From: Burkholderiales bacterium
GTDB lineage: Bacteria; Pseudomonadota; Gammaproteobacteria; Burkholderiales; SG8-41
NCBI GenBank assembly: GCA_046597455.1
Contig: JBKJKJ010000400.1
Location: 1-59,507, forward strand
Direction of reading: 5' to 3'
DNA length: 59,507 nucleotides
The position numbers and the translations under genes were made by a program. The notes beneath the pieces were generated by a model. The model did not search any database. It was given only the letters and a program-made list of their open reading frames with translations, and was not told where the DNA came from. Positions 33,880-43,495 of the stretch are shown here, one piece after another. Each line of letters opens with the position of its first letter. The stretch's first letter is position 1.

Positions 33880-34965
33880 CTATCTGAGCTTCAGTGTCGA
33901 CAGCCCGATGAGCACCAGCATCATCGAGATGATCCAGAAGCGAACGACGACCTGATTTTCTTTCCAGCCCTTGAGCTCGTAATGATGGTGCAGCGGCGCC
34001 ATTCGGAAAATGCGTTTCCCGGTCAGCTTGAACGAAGCCACCTGCAGCACGACCGACAAGGTTTCCACGACGAAAACGCCGCCCATGATGAAAAGAACGA
34101 TCTCCTGCCGGACGATGACCGCCATCGTGCCCAGCGCGGCGCCCAGCGCCAGCGCGCCCACATCGCCCATGAAAACTTCCGCGGGGTAAGCGTTGAACCA
34201 GAGAAAAGCGAGCCCTGCACCGGCGAGCGCACCGCTGATCACGGTGAGCTCGCCCGCTCCCGGTATATAGGGAAAACCCAGGTATTTCGAGAAGACCGCA
34301 TGCCCGGCGACGTACGCGAAGATGCCCAGCGCACTGCCGATCATGACCGTGGGCATGATCGCGAGGCCATCGAGACCATCGGTCAGATTGACGGCGTTGC
34401 TGGTGCCGACGATGACGAAAAAGGTCATCACGATGAAACCGATGGCGCCGAGCGGATACGCCACCTGCTTGAAGAACGGAACGATGATCTCGGTCTGGGC
34501 GGGAAGATTGGTATAGGACGCGAGATAGATTGCGGCGCCCAGCCCGCACACCGACTGCCAGAAGAATTTCGCTCTTGCCGAGAGGCCTTTCGGATTGCGA
34601 TGGACGACTTTGCGATAGTCGTCGATCCAGCCGATGGTGCCGAACGCCATGGTGACGCCCAGCACGACCCACACCAGCCGATTCGAAAGATCTGCCCACA
34701 GCAGGGTCGTGACCACGACCGAGACCAGGATCAGCGCGCCGCCCATCGTGGGCGTGCCCGCCTTCACGAGATGCGACTGCGGGCCGTCGTCCCGCACCGA
34801 CTGCCCGATCTTGTACGCGGTGAGCTTGCGGATCATCGCGGGACCGACGACGAACGACAGCACGAGCGAAGTCAGACACGCGAGCACCGCACGCAGCGTG
34901 ATGTAGTTGAACACGTTGAACGCCCGGATGTCCTTGGCGAGCCATTGGGCGAGCTCTAGCAGCAT
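33880..34965 (-). CDS. mraY: Phospho-N-acetylmuramoyl-pentapeptide transferase
   Basis: Internal ATG of track ORF 33880..35085. The product begins [27 protein letters not shown] and contains [22 protein letters not shown] and ...[13 protein letters not shown]. Confidence 0.95.
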   Translation of the reverse strand: MLLELAQWLAKDIRAFNVFNYITLRAVLACLTSLVLSFVVGPAMIRKLTAYKIGQSVRDDGPQSHLVKAGTPTMGGALILVSVVVTTLLWADLSNRLVWVVLGVTMAFGTIGWIDDYRKVVHRNPKGLSARAKFFWQSVCGLGAAIYLASYTNLPAQTEIIVPFFKQVAYPLGAIGFIVMTFFVIVGTSNAVNLTDGLDGLAIMPTVMIGSALGIFAYVAGHAVFSKYLGFPYIPGAGELTVISGALAGAGLAFLWFNAYPAEVFMGDVGALALGAALGTMAVIVRQEIVLFIMGGVFVVETLSVVLQVASFKLTGKRIFRMAPLHHHYELKGWKENQVVVRFWIISMMLVLIGLSTLKLR

Positions 34966-35026
34966 GGCCGCATCCCCTGCACGAGCGAAACGTGAGGCGT
35001 AAGGCATAAGTCGCGTGCGCTCATGA

Positions 35027-36451
35027 TCACGGCTTTCCCTCCGGGCCCGAGAGCGCGCTCGTCTCGCGCTTGAGATCTGCGGCAAGCGCCTCGACCACTC
35101 TTTCCATCCTCATGAACCTCGAACCTTTCACCAGCACCGTGACATCGCGCGCGAGCGCGCCTGCGAGGTCCGCCAGCAGATCCTCGATCCGGTGGTAGTG
35201 GATCGCACCGGCACCGAAAGCGTTGGCCGCACGCGCCGAGAGCGCGCCGAGCGTCATGATGCGATCGATGCCGGCGTCACGGGCATACGCGCCGGCATCG
35301 GCGTGGAGCTGCGGCGCGCCGGGGCCGAGCTCGCCCATGTCTCCGAAGACCAGTATCCTGCACCCCGGCGCGCGCGCCAGCACGTCGATCGCAGCGCGCA
35401 CCGACTCGGGATTGGCGTTGTAGGTGTCGTCGATGAGCGCGGCGCCATTGCAGCCGTCTTTTCTCTGCAGGCGTCCCTTGATTCCGGTAAAGCGCCCGAG
35501 CCCCTCGGCGATGACACCGACCGGAATCTCGAGCGCAACCGCAGCCGCAGCCGCAGCCAGCGCATTGCGCACGTTGTGCACGCCTGGGGCGCTCAACCGC
35601 GTTGTCGCCTCGCCGCCCGGCGTCTTGAGCACGATCTCGCTTTCGAAATCCAGCAACTGGTACGAACCCGTGACGGCGGCAGGCTGCTCGAGACCGAATT
35701 CGACGCGCCGCCTGTCTTTCGTGAGACCGCGCCACAGCGGTGCGAACGCGTCGTCGGCGTTGACCACGGCGGCTCCGTCAGGCCGCAGCCCCTCGAAAAT
35801 CTCGCCTTTCGCACGCGCTATCGCCTCCTCGGAGCCGAGGAATTCGACGTGGGCGCGCCCCGCGTTGGTGACGAGCGCGACTTCGGGCTCGGCCAGCCGG
35901 GTCAGATAGGCGATCTCGCCCGCGTGATTCATTCCCATCTCCAGGACCGCATAACGATGCTGGGGGCCCAACTCGAGCAGCATGAGCGGCATGCCGATAT
36001 CGTTGTTGAGGTTGCCGCGGGTCGCGAGCACCCTGTCTTCCGGCGTAGTGTTCGCATCCGTCGCCGTGACCGCTGCACGCAGGATCGACGCGAGCATTTC
36101 CTTGACCGTCGTCTTGCCGCTGCTGCCGGTCAGGCCTACGAGCGGTATCGCGAAACGGCTGCGCCAGTGCGCCGCGAGGCGCCCGAGCGCAAGACGCGTG
36201 TCTTCGACGACCAGCAGCGCGAGACCCGGCGGCGCACCCTCAATGCCGGGTGCGTCGACGATCGCCGCCGCAGCGCCCGACGCCGCGGCCGCCGCAAGAA
36301 AGCGATGCCCGTCGTAGCGCTCGCCGCGCAGCGCGACGAACAGATCGCCTTGCCCGAGCGCACGCGTATCGGTGCTGACGCCGGTGAATTCGACGTCCGG
36401 ATTGCCGGCTTCTACGCCGAGGGCGGCAGCCGCATCGGACAGCCGCATCAT
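35027..36451 (-). CDS. murF: UDP-N-acetylmuramoyl-tripeptide--D-alanyl-D-alanine ligase
   Basis: The start forms an ATGA overlap with the murE stop. The product begins [12 protein letters not shown]... and contains [14 protein letters not shown]. Confidence 0.93.
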   Translation of the reverse strand: MMRLSDAAAALGVEAGNPDVEFTGVSTDTRALGQGDLFVALRGERYDGHRFLAAAAASGAAAAIVDAPGIEGAPPGLALLVVEDTRLALGRLAAHWRSRFAIPLVGLTGSSGKTTVKEMLASILRAAVTATDANTTPEDRVLATRGNLNNDIGMPLMLLELGPQHRYAVLEMGMNHAGEIAYLTRLAEPEVALVTNAGRAHVEFLGSEEAIARAKGEIFEGLRPDGAAVVNADDAFAPLWRGLTKDRRRVEFGLEQPAAVTGSYQLLDFESEIVLKTPGGEATTRLSAPGVHNVRNALAAAAAAVALEIPVGVIAEGLGRFTGIKGRLQRKDGCNGAALIDDTYNANPESVRAAIDVLARAPGCRILVFGDMGELGPGAPQLHADAGAYARDAGIDRIMTLGALSARAANAFGAGAIHYHRIEDLLADLAGALARDVTVLVKGSRFMRMERVVEALAADLKRETSALSGPEGKP

Positions 36452-37998
36452 GGGCGCTGCCTCGCGAGGGTCGCGCGTACGACAGCGGCGTCGCTGTAGG
36501 GATGCTTCACGCCGCCGATCTCCTGATACTGCTCGTGACCTTTGCCTGCGACCAGTACCAGGTCGCCCGGGCGGGCACGGCGCACAGCGCAATCGATTGC
36601 CCGCGTGCGATCGGCCACCACGGCGCATTCCCGAGTCACGCCCTCCAGTATGTCCGTGATGATGGCCTGCGGATCTTCGGTGCGCGGATTGTCACTCGTC
36701 ACGATGACGTCGTCGGCAAGCTCGCTGGCGATGCGCCCCATGAGCGGACGTTTGCCGCGGTCGCGATCACCGCCACACCCGAAAACGCAAACCAGTCTGC
36801 CTTTACGCGCTGCGGACGCCTGGATCAGCTCGCGCATCGCGCGCAGCACGTTCTCCAGGGCGTCGGGCGTGTGAGCGTAATCGACGACGACGAGCGGCCG
36901 GCGTCCGCCGCCGTAGCGTTCGGTGCGCCCGGGGACCGGGCGGACTTTCTGCAGGACGGCGATCGAATCTTCCAGTGAATGATCACTCGCGAGCAGCACT
37001 GCCAGCGTCCCCAGGAGATTCGCCGCGTTGAAGCGGCCGATGAGCGGGCTTTCGAGCGAGCCGATTCCCCACGGCGTCGCGACGTCGAAAGCCAGACCGC
37101 CGGATCCCATGCGCAGATTGCGGCCGGTGACACGCGGAATGCGCCGCCCGCGAAGCGTTGGCGGCAGCGCGCGACCGAAGCCGTAGCCTAGGGGCTGCAC
37201 GCCGCGCGCTTGCGTCGTCTCGACAAGCTCGGCACCGAAGGTGTCGTCGAGATTGAGCACCGCATACTTCAGGCCCGGAAACCTGAACAGGCGCGCTTTC
37301 GCCGCACGATAATTGCGCATCGTCCGGTGATAATCGAGATGGTCCCGCGTGAGGTTGGTGAAGAGCGCGACGTCGAACTCGACACCCGACACCCGGTCCT
37401 GCGCAAGGCCGTGAGACGAGACTTCCATGCTCACCGCCCGCGCCCGCTGCCGCACGAAGTCGCGCAGCCGCGCTTGCAGCCACACCGCGTCCGGCGTCGT
37501 ATTCCCGATCGGTTCGAGCTTCCCGGGCCAACCGCTGCCGAGGGTGCCAACGACACCGCATTTGCGCCGCAATCGCGTGAGCGCCTGCGCGACCCAGTGG
37601 CTGCACGAGGTCTTGCCGTTGGTGCCCGTAACGCCGACCATCCACAACCGCGAGCTCGGCCGCCCGTAGACTTCGCTCGCGATGGTGCCCGCGTGCTTCT
37701 TGAGATCCTCGACAGGCGCGTTTCTGACCGTCCAGGCGGCGCGCCAGCGGAAATGCCGACGTTCCCAAAGCACCGACGCCGCGCCGCGCTCGATCGCCTG
37801 CGCAATGAACGTGCGGCCGTCGAGCGCTTCTCCAGGGTAGGCGACAAAGGTATCTCCCGGCAGCACGTGCCGGCTGTCGGAGACGAGGTGTGACATGCCG
37901 AGCGACTCGAGCGCGCGCGTATCCACGGCGCGCAGTCCCGCACGCACACTCGCCGGACGCCGGATACCGGCTGCCCGAATGCTCCCCGCGGCGCTCAC
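36448..37998 (-). CDS. murE: UDP-N-acetylmuramoyl-L-alanyl-D-glutamate--2,6-diaminopimelate ligase
   Basis: 516 aa, with a GTG start in a GTGA overlap with the ftsI stop. It contains VTGTNGKTS and a DNPR motif (TSDNPRTED). Confidence 0.93.
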   Translation of the reverse strand: MSAAGSIRAAGIRRPASVRAGLRAVDTRALESLGMSHLVSDSRHVLPGDTFVAYPGEALDGRTFIAQAIERGAASVLWERRHFRWRAAWTVRNAPVEDLKKHAGTIASEVYGRPSSRLWMVGVTGTNGKTSCSHWVAQALTRLRRKCGVVGTLGSGWPGKLEPIGNTTPDAVWLQARLRDFVRQRARAVSMEVSSHGLAQDRVSGVEFDVALFTNLTRDHLDYHRTMRNYRAAKARLFRFPGLKYAVLNLDDTFGAELVETTQARGVQPLGYGFGRALPPTLRGRRIPRVTGRNLRMGSGGLAFDVATPWGIGSLESPLIGRFNAANLLGTLAVLLASDHSLEDSIAVLQKVRPVPGRTERYGGGRRPLVVVDYAHTPDALENVLRAMRELIQASAARKGRLVCVFGCGGDRDRGKRPLMGRIASELADDVIVTSDNPRTEDPQAIITDILEGVTRECAVVADRTRAIDCAVRRARPGDLVLVAGKGHEQYQEIGGVKHPYSDAAVVRATLARQRP

Positions 37999-39725
37999 AC
38001 TTCCTCCTTCACTTCAGGCGCGTTCGGCGGCGGCAGCACGACGTTGTCTACGGGCGCATCCGGCGCCACTCCCATCAGACGTAACGCGCCCGCCATCACC
38101 TGGCTGAATACAGGTGCAGCCACGGCCCCGCCGTAATACTGACCGGCGGAAGGCTCGTCGATCATCACGGCGACGATCAGACGCGGATGCGAGGCCGGCG
38201 CGAGTCCGATGAATGAGGAGACGTATTTGTTCGTATATCCGCGACCTTCGAGCTTGTGCGCGGTTCCGGTCTTGCCGCCGACACGGTAGCCGGCGATTTG
38301 CGCTTTCGGGGCCGTGCCGCCGGGCTGCACGGCGAGCTCGAGCATGGCGCGCAGCGATCGCGCCGTCTGGGGTTTCAACACACGCGACACCTCGGGCGGC
38401 GCGTCGCGCTTCACGAGCGTGAGCGGAACCAGGTCGCCGTCGGTCGCGAATATGGTGTAAGCCCGGGCGAGCTGAAGTAATGAAACGGAGATGCCGTGAC
38501 CGTAGGACATGGTCGCCTGCTCGATCGGCTTCCACGTCGCAAACGCACGAAGCTTGCCCGCGACTTCTCCCGGAAAACCCGAATCCGGCGGCGTGCCGAA
38601 ACCGACCGCGCGAAAAAGCTTCCACATCGTCTCGGGAGGCAGCGCGAGCGCCATTTTGGCGGCGCCGACGTTCGAAGACTTCTGGATGACCTGCATCACG
38701 CTCAGCGCACCGTATGCGTGAGCGTCGTGTATGGTGCGATTGCCGATGGTCAGCGAGCCCGGCGCGGTTTGAATCACCGTTTCGGGCTTCACGACTCCCG
38801 CTTCTATGGCAGTCGCCACGGTGAAAGGCTTGAGCGTGGAGCCCGGCTCGAAGAGATCGGTGACCGCGCGGTTACGCGTGCGCTTCGGATCGAACTTGCC
38901 CCGATTGTTGGGGTTGTAAGTCGGCAGGTTCGCCATGGCGAGAATTTCGCCGGTCTGCGCATCGAGCACGACGATGCCGCCCGCTTTGGCGCGATGCTCG
39001 GCAACGGCGGACTTGAGCTCCCGGAAAGCCAGATGCTGAATGCGGGCGTTGATCGACAACGCAAGCTTGGCGCCGTCCTGCGGCTTGCGGATGCTCTCGA
39101 CGTCTTCGATGATGTGCCCGCGGCGATCCTTGATCACCCGGCGGCTGCCCGGTCTTCCCGTCAGGTCCGAGTCGAATGCGAGCTCGAGCGCTTCCTGGCC
39201 TTTTTCGTCGATGTCGGTAAAGCCGATGAGATGCGCCATCATTTCGCCGGCCGGGTAATAGCGCCGGTATTCGCGCTGCAGGAACACCCCGGGGATGTTC
39301 AGCTCGACGATCTTCGCCGCCTCCTCGGGCGGGAGCTGGCGTTTCAGATAAACGAAGTCGCGTTTGCTGTCGGCCAGACGTCGAGTCACTTCTTTGGGGT
39401 CCATCTCGAGCAATCGCGCGAGCTTGGCGAGCTGAGCGGATGACATTGCCGTGTCCGACGGGCTCGCCGCGACCGACTCTACCGGCGTCGAGATGGCAAG
39501 CGGCTCGCTGTTGCGATCGACGATCATCCCGCGCGTCGCGCTCAGCGAGAGCACGCGCGAATAGCGCGACTCCCCTTTGGCCTGGAGAAAATCGTTGTGC
39601 AGGCCCTGCAGATAGACCGCGCGAAGGGTGAGCGCGATGAACCAGCCTATGAGCCCGATCAGGAGCAGGCGCGAACGCCAGGGCGAAAACTTCAGCGCCA
39701 GCGCCGGAGAAGCGGCCGCTCTCAC
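37995..39725 (-). CDS. ftsI: Peptidoglycan D,D-transpeptidase FtsI (PBP3)
   Basis: The start is set at GTG 39725 (GTGA overlap with the ftsL stop; the track ORF extends to 39962). It has a TM segment LLLIGLIGWFIALTL and STLKP, SSN and KTGT motifs. Confidence 0.9.
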   Translation of the reverse strand: MRAAASPALALKFSPWRSRLLLIGLIGWFIALTLRAVYLQGLHNDFLQAKGESRYSRVLSLSATRGMIVDRNSEPLAISTPVESVAASPSDTAMSSAQLAKLARLLEMDPKEVTRRLADSKRDFVYLKRQLPPEEAAKIVELNIPGVFLQREYRRYYPAGEMMAHLIGFTDIDEKGQEALELAFDSDLTGRPGSRRVIKDRRGHIIEDVESIRKPQDGAKLALSINARIQHLAFRELKSAVAEHRAKAGGIVVLDAQTGEILAMANLPTYNPNNRGKFDPKRTRNRAVTDLFEPGSTLKPFTVATAIEAGVVKPETVIQTAPGSLTIGNRTIHDAHAYGALSVMQVIQKSSNVGAAKMALALPPETMWKLFRAVGFGTPPDSGFPGEVAGKLRAFATWKPIEQATMSYGHGISVSLLQLARAYTIFATDGDLVPLTLVKRDAPPEVSRVLKPQTARSLRAMLELAVQPGGTAPKAQIAGYRVGGKTGTAHKLEGRGYTNKYVSSFIGLAPASHPRLIVAVMIDEPSAGQYYGGAVAAPVFSQVMAGALRLMGVAPDAPVDNVVLPPPNAPEVKEEV

Positions 39726-40003
39726 CGCGGCCCCGGTCCGGCGGCCGGCCCGACGAGCTGTACCCGCGAGGGCGGCGGAACACGCATCCCGAGGCTGCGC
39801 GCGGCGATTTTCTCGATCCGGGAGTGCATGGCCCAGGTGCTTTGCTCGAGCTGCAGCTGCCCCCACTCGATTTCGAACTGCTTCGCGTAGTCCTGCTCTT
39901 TCTGCAGCTCGACGTAGAGCTTGCGCGCCTGGTGCTGCGACGTGACCAGCATGAGACCACACGCGATCACGATCCCGAGCAGGATGAGATTGAGCCTGAT
40001 CAT
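39722..40003 (-). CDS. ftsL: Cell division protein FtsL
   Basis: 93 aa, MIRLNLILLGIVIACGLMLVTSQHQARKLYVELQKEQ..., a bitopic coiled-coil protein located between rsmH and ftsI. Confidence 0.85.
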   Translation of the reverse strand: MIRLNLILLGIVIACGLMLVTSQHQARKLYVELQKEQDYAKQFEIEWGQLQLEQSTWAMHSRIEKIAARSLGMRVPPPSRVQLVGPAAGPGPR

Positions 40004-40007
40004 GAGC

Positions 40008-40940
40008 TCAGGCCGCGGCTTTCGTTTTTTCCGCGACGCGCATGATGGCACTGCGCGCCCGCGGATTCGCAGCGACCTCCGCTTCAGAGGGCCGGCGCGC
40101 CTTGCCCACGATGCGCATCCTGGGCTCGGGCAGATCGCGCGCACGCACCGCCAGGCGAGGCGGCAGGGAGTCGGCGCGCGAATGTTCGCGCAGGAACCGT
40201 TTGACGATACGGTCCTCGAGCGAATGGAAGCTGATCACGACCAGCCTGCCCCCGGGCTCGAGGAGCTCCAGGCATTGCGGCAGGACTAGCGAGAGCTCTT
40301 CAAGCTCCTGATTGACGTGAATCCGTACAGCCTGGAAGGTGCGCGTCGCCGGGTCCTGACGTGGCTCGCGCGTGGGAACGGCTTCTGCCACGAGCGCGGC
40401 AAGTTGTCGTGTGGTGCCCAGAGGTCCCCGCGCTCGAGCCGCAACAATCGCTGCTGCAATCTGTTTAGCAAACCGTTCTTCGCCATAATTTCTGATTACC
40501 TCCCGAATTTCAGATTCAGCCGCAGCAGAGAGCCACTCGGCCGCAGTCGATCCTGTTGTTGTGTCCATGCGCATATCGAGCGGCGCATCCTGTCTGAAGC
40601 TGAATCCGCGCGCCCCCTGGTCGAGCTGCGGCGAGGAGAGCCCCAGGTCGAGAAGGATGCCGTGCACGCGCGGGATGCCGAGCCTGGAGAGCAGCTCGCA
40701 CAGCCGCCCGAATGCGCCGTGCACGATCGTGAATCGGGAATCGGTGATCTGCGCCGCCGCGCTCACCGCTGCGGGATCGCGGTCGAGCGCGATGAGCCGC
40801 CCCCGCGGGCCCAGCTGCTCGAGAATGAGCCGGCTGTGACCGCCCCGCCCGAACGTGCAGTCGACGTAGACACCCGCTTGCCCGACTGCGAGATCGTCCA
40901 CGGCTTCGCGCAGGAGGACCGGCGCGTGTGCGTCGCTCAC
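40008..40940 (-). CDS. rsmH: 16S rRNA (cytosine1402-N4)-methyltransferase
   Basis: GTG start in a GTGA overlap with the mraZ stop. The product contains ...[13 protein letters not shown]...[13 protein letters not shown]...[10 protein letters not shown]. Confidence 0.93.
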   Translation of the reverse strand: MSDAHAPVLLREAVDDLAVGQAGVYVDCTFGRGGHSRLILEQLGPRGRLIALDRDPAAVSAAAQITDSRFTIVHGAFGRLCELLSRLGIPRVHGILLDLGLSSPQLDQGARGFSFRQDAPLDMRMDTTTGSTAAEWLSAAAESEIREVIRNYGEERFAKQIAAAIVAARARGPLGTTRQLAALVAEAVPTREPRQDPATRTFQAVRIHVNQELEELSLVLPQCLELLEPGGRLVVISFHSLEDRIVKRFLREHSRADSLPPRLAVRARDLPEPRMRIVGKARRPSEAEVAANPRARSAIMRVAEKTKAAA

Positions 40941-41383
40941 AGCGAAAAACCCTCGAGCTCCGGCGGCAGGCTGCCGGCGGTCAAAGCGCCCGCCTTCGCA
41001 ATCGTCTGCTCCCAATGCTCTTTGTGCCACAGCTCGAATTTTTTACCTTGCCCCACCAGCACGACGGCTTTATCGAGCTCCGCGTACTCGCGCAGCGCCG
41101 GCGAAATGAGCACGCGCCCGGCCCCATCCATATCCACGTCGACGGCAAAACCGATTAACCGCCGCTGCAGCTCGCGAACGCGGGGATCCAGATTCGAGAG
41201 CCCTTCGAGCTTCTGCTGGATCAACTCCCAGTCAGGCAGCGGATAGACGAGCAGGCAGCGGTCGGCATCGGCGGTGATCACCAAATGGCCGGCACAGCGC
41301 TCCAGGAGGGCGTCGCGATGCCTTGCCGGCACCGCAAGCCTGCCTTTAACGTCCAGATTTAATTGTGAAATGCCGCGAAACAC
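40937..41383 (-). CDS. mraZ: Transcriptional regulator MraZ
   Basis: GTG 41383 has GAGGGAG upstream. The product is [27 protein letters not shown]... with a second DxxGR repeat ([19 protein letters not shown]). Confidence 0.9.
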   Translation of the reverse strand: MFRGISQLNLDVKGRLAVPARHRDALLERCAGHLVITADADRCLLVYPLPDWELIQQKLEGLSNLDPRVRELQRRLIGFAVDVDMDGAGRVLISPALREYAELDKAVVLVGQGKKFELWHKEHWEQTIAKAGALTAGSLPPELEGFSL

Positions 41384-41440
41384 GAGCTCCCTCACCCAGG
41401 GGATACGGCGGCGCGTCCCAGACACTGGGGTCGACGCTTC

Positions 41441-41466
41441 TCCCACTTTCTACCACTTCGTCCCAC
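41441..41466 (-). promoter_or_regulatory. Putative MraZ operator: three direct GTGG(G/T)A repeats at exactly 10-bp spacing
   Basis: The minus strand reads AGTGGGACGA AGTGGTAGAA AGTGGGAGAA, immediately downstream of the -10 box. This matches the TGGGN-N5 direct-repeat operator described for E. coli MraZ. Confidence 0.6.
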
Positions 41467-41493
41467 TATATTGAAACTGCAAGGGAGGGTCAA
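41465..41493 (-). promoter_or_regulatory. Sigma70-type promoter of the dcw operon (Pmra)
   Basis: The minus strand reads TTGACC (41493..41488), a 17-nt spacer, then TATAGT (41470..41465), about 80 nt upstream of the mraZ start. Confidence 0.6.
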
Positions 41494-41713
41494 GCGCTAT
41501 TTGGGCTTTTTCTGGTTTTCCGACAATGACTTATGGGATCTTGCTTGCCTGATTTCACAAACCGAAAAAAGAAAAATCTCTTTTGTCCATGCCGGGCAAA
41601 CCGCTAAGGGCCGTACTTAAAGTAGAACCTTAAGTACCGAGAGGTGGGAAATTCAGATGGCACAGGAAAACGCCGCCGGACGCCGCCGGAAGACGAAGAA
41701 CAAGAATAAAAAG

Positions 41714-42211
41714 AAACGAAGCCGGCCGATAAGCCGGGTTCTGTCGTGGACAGTCATTCCTCTGGGCCCTGGATTACTCCAAAGGCTCAAGCCACCTACC
41801 CGCGAGCTCGGCGGGTCGCGTCATCGCTCGCCTATTTGGTGTTGCTCCCGGTGGAGGTTGCCGCGTTTCACCCTTACTCCGATCCGCTTTGCAGCAAACC
41901 CGAGCAAGACTCGTCTCTGTGGCCCTGTTCCTCACCTTCGTCGCACAACTCGCTCGCATCGAGCCCGAGCGCGTCACCGCGCCCTTCCCGAATACGAGAC
42001 TTGGCTGCTTGCGGCAGTCCTCGGGCCGGATGATCCGCGTTACCGCGCCCATCCATATGAGTAATGCCGTTGCGCAGCAAAGCCCATGCGCCTTATAGCG
42101 GGCGGGAGTTACCCGCCACCGTACCCTGCGGAGCCCGGACTTTCCTCTACGCACGGAGCGGCGTGAACAACGCCGGTTAAACCCGTGCGCAGCGACTGTC
42201 TAGCCAGCTTC
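41714..42211 (-). ncRNA. rnpB: RNase P RNA, bacterial type A (unusually long, about 500 nt)
   Basis: The minus strand reads GAAGCTGGCTAGACAGTCGC...GAGGAAAGTCCGGGCTCC...ACAGAGA...GTAAGGGTGAAA...CCAAATAGG...GGTAGGTGGCTTGAGCC...GAATGACTGTCCACGACAGAACCCGGCTTATCGGCCGGCTTC. These conserved blocks are co-linear with E. coli M1 RNA. The ends are approximate (+/-5 nt). Confidence 0.9.
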
Positions 42212-42319
42212 GCAACGCTATTGTACGCGTCAGGCGCACCAAAGGGTTTCGGGTTGCGCCCAGCAGGTTTAGAGTGGCAACCATCAGCCGGCACTCAGGC
42301 CGGCCAGACGGAGGATTCC

Positions 42320-42838
42320 ATGCTGATGCGGCGTAGGCTCTACTTCGTTCTTCCGGATGCCGATAGCGCGCGCGCGATGCTCAACGAATGCCTGCTCGCG
42401 CGCATCGAGTGCAGACACATCCACTTCCTGTCGAAACGCGATTCGCTTCCTGATGACCTTCCCCAGGCGAACGTCCTGCAAAAGACGGATATCGTCCACG
42501 GGGCGCAATTGGGCATCGGGATCGGCGGGATCGTCGGCGCGGTTGCCGGGGTGTTCCTGGTGTTCTTTCCGCCGGAAGGCATCACGCTCAAGTTCGTCAC
42601 CATACTCATCATCGCCCTCGGCGGCGCGCTGTTCGGCGCGTGGGCTTCGAGCATGGTCGCAAGCTCGGTGCCGAACTCGAGGCTCAAAGGCTTCGAGCGC
42701 GATATGGAAGACGGCAAAGTGCTGATGATGGTGGACGTGCCGATGCGGCGCGTTCAGGACATCCGCGATCTCATCGCGCGACGGCACCCGGAAGCACTGT
42801 CTGGGGGCGTCGAGCCGACGATCCCCGCTTTTCCGTAA
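42320..42838 (+). CDS. Hypothetical inner-membrane protein (two Gly-rich TM helices between small soluble domains)
   Basis: The internal ATG of track ORF 42185..42838 has GGAGG upstream; the upstream part of that ORF overlaps rnpB. The product contains ...GAQLGIGIGGIVGAVAGVFLVFF...FVTILIIALGGALFGAWASSMVA.... Confidence 0.6.
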   Translation: MLMRRRLYFVLPDADSARAMLNECLLARIECRHIHFLSKRDSLPDDLPQANVLQKTDIVHGAQLGIGIGGIVGAVAGVFLVFFPPEGITLKFVTILIIALGGALFGAWASSMVASSVPNSRLKGFERDMEDGKVLMMVDVPMRRVQDIRDLIARRHPEALSGGVEPTIPAFP

Positions 42839-42853
42839 GGGTGTCAGGCGTTA

Positions 42854-43450
42854 TCAGCGTCTCGGCAGCTGGAGCGCCTGCACTGCGTGCCGTAGCGCGT
42901 CGAGCCGGCGCTCACGGATGCCGATCGCGTCGAGGTGGCGCAGGGTGTTGAAGAGATAGTCCGCGTTCGGTCCACGCGCGCCGCTGCAGTCCGCGATCGT
43001 TCGCGCGACTTCAGGCAGCTCGAGCCGTCCGGCGTAACTCTCGTGCGCGCGATCGGCGACGAACGTGAGCGCGCTGACTTTTTCTCCACCCAGATCGACG
43101 TTCACGACTCGCGGGCTGTAGGCCAGCTCGGGCATCTCGCGCTCCCACAAATTCTGCAGCACGCAATCGACTTGTGCATCGGCCACCAGGAAGGCGATGC
43201 CGCGACAGCCCCCGCCGCGATCGAGGCCGAGCACGAGCCCCGGCAGCTCGGGCGTGCCGCGATATCGCGTGGAGAGCACACAGAACGAACGATGGTAGCC
43301 CCGCAGCCGCGCGGGCGCCGCGCGCAGGTATTCGAATCCCGGGTTCCACATGAGCGAGCCGTAACCGAAAATCCACAAGTCGCCGTGCGGTAACGGCGGG
43401 CAGCACGCATGCTCGACCTGGCGTGACTGCGGCTCGGAAAGATCGTTCAT
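42854..43450 (-). CDS. ChaC-family gamma-glutamylcyclotransferase
   Basis: 198 aa, LWIFGYGSLMWNPGFEY...RGYHRSFCV...GTPELPGLVLGLDRGGGCRGIAF. Confidence 0.85.
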   Translation of the reverse strand: MNDLSEPQSRQVEHACCPPLPHGDLWIFGYGSLMWNPGFEYLRAAPARLRGYHRSFCVLSTRYRGTPELPGLVLGLDRGGGCRGIAFLVADAQVDCVLQNLWEREMPELAYSPRVVNVDLGGEKVSALTFVADRAHESYAGRLELPEVARTIADCSGARGPNADYLFNTLRHLDAIGIRERRLDALRHAVQALQLPRR

Positions 43451-43495
43451 AGATCGTTCATACGGTCGATTTAACGCTCCGCGGACCGCGGCGGC

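Noticed and set aside
35031-35053. ggctttccctccgggcccgagag inside the murF 3' end, which resembles part of the 62-bp repeat (tttccctccg...gggcccga)
   Set aside because: The shared strings are short and non-contiguous, lie inside a well-supported coding region, and lack the palindromic partner. This is probably chance in GC-rich sequence.
41671-41690. cgccgccgga cgccgccgga downstream of rnpB, considered as its terminator hairpin
   Set aside because: It is a direct repeat, not an inverted one. I could not draw a stable stem with a following U-tract.
41657-42154. ORFs 41657..42064 (+), 41746..42033 (+), 41774..42154 (-), 41889..42098 (+) and the 5' part of 42185..42838
   Set aside because: They overlap the RNase P RNA gene and have no coding signature. 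The 42185 ORF is trimmed to the ATG at 42320, which has a GGAGG SD.
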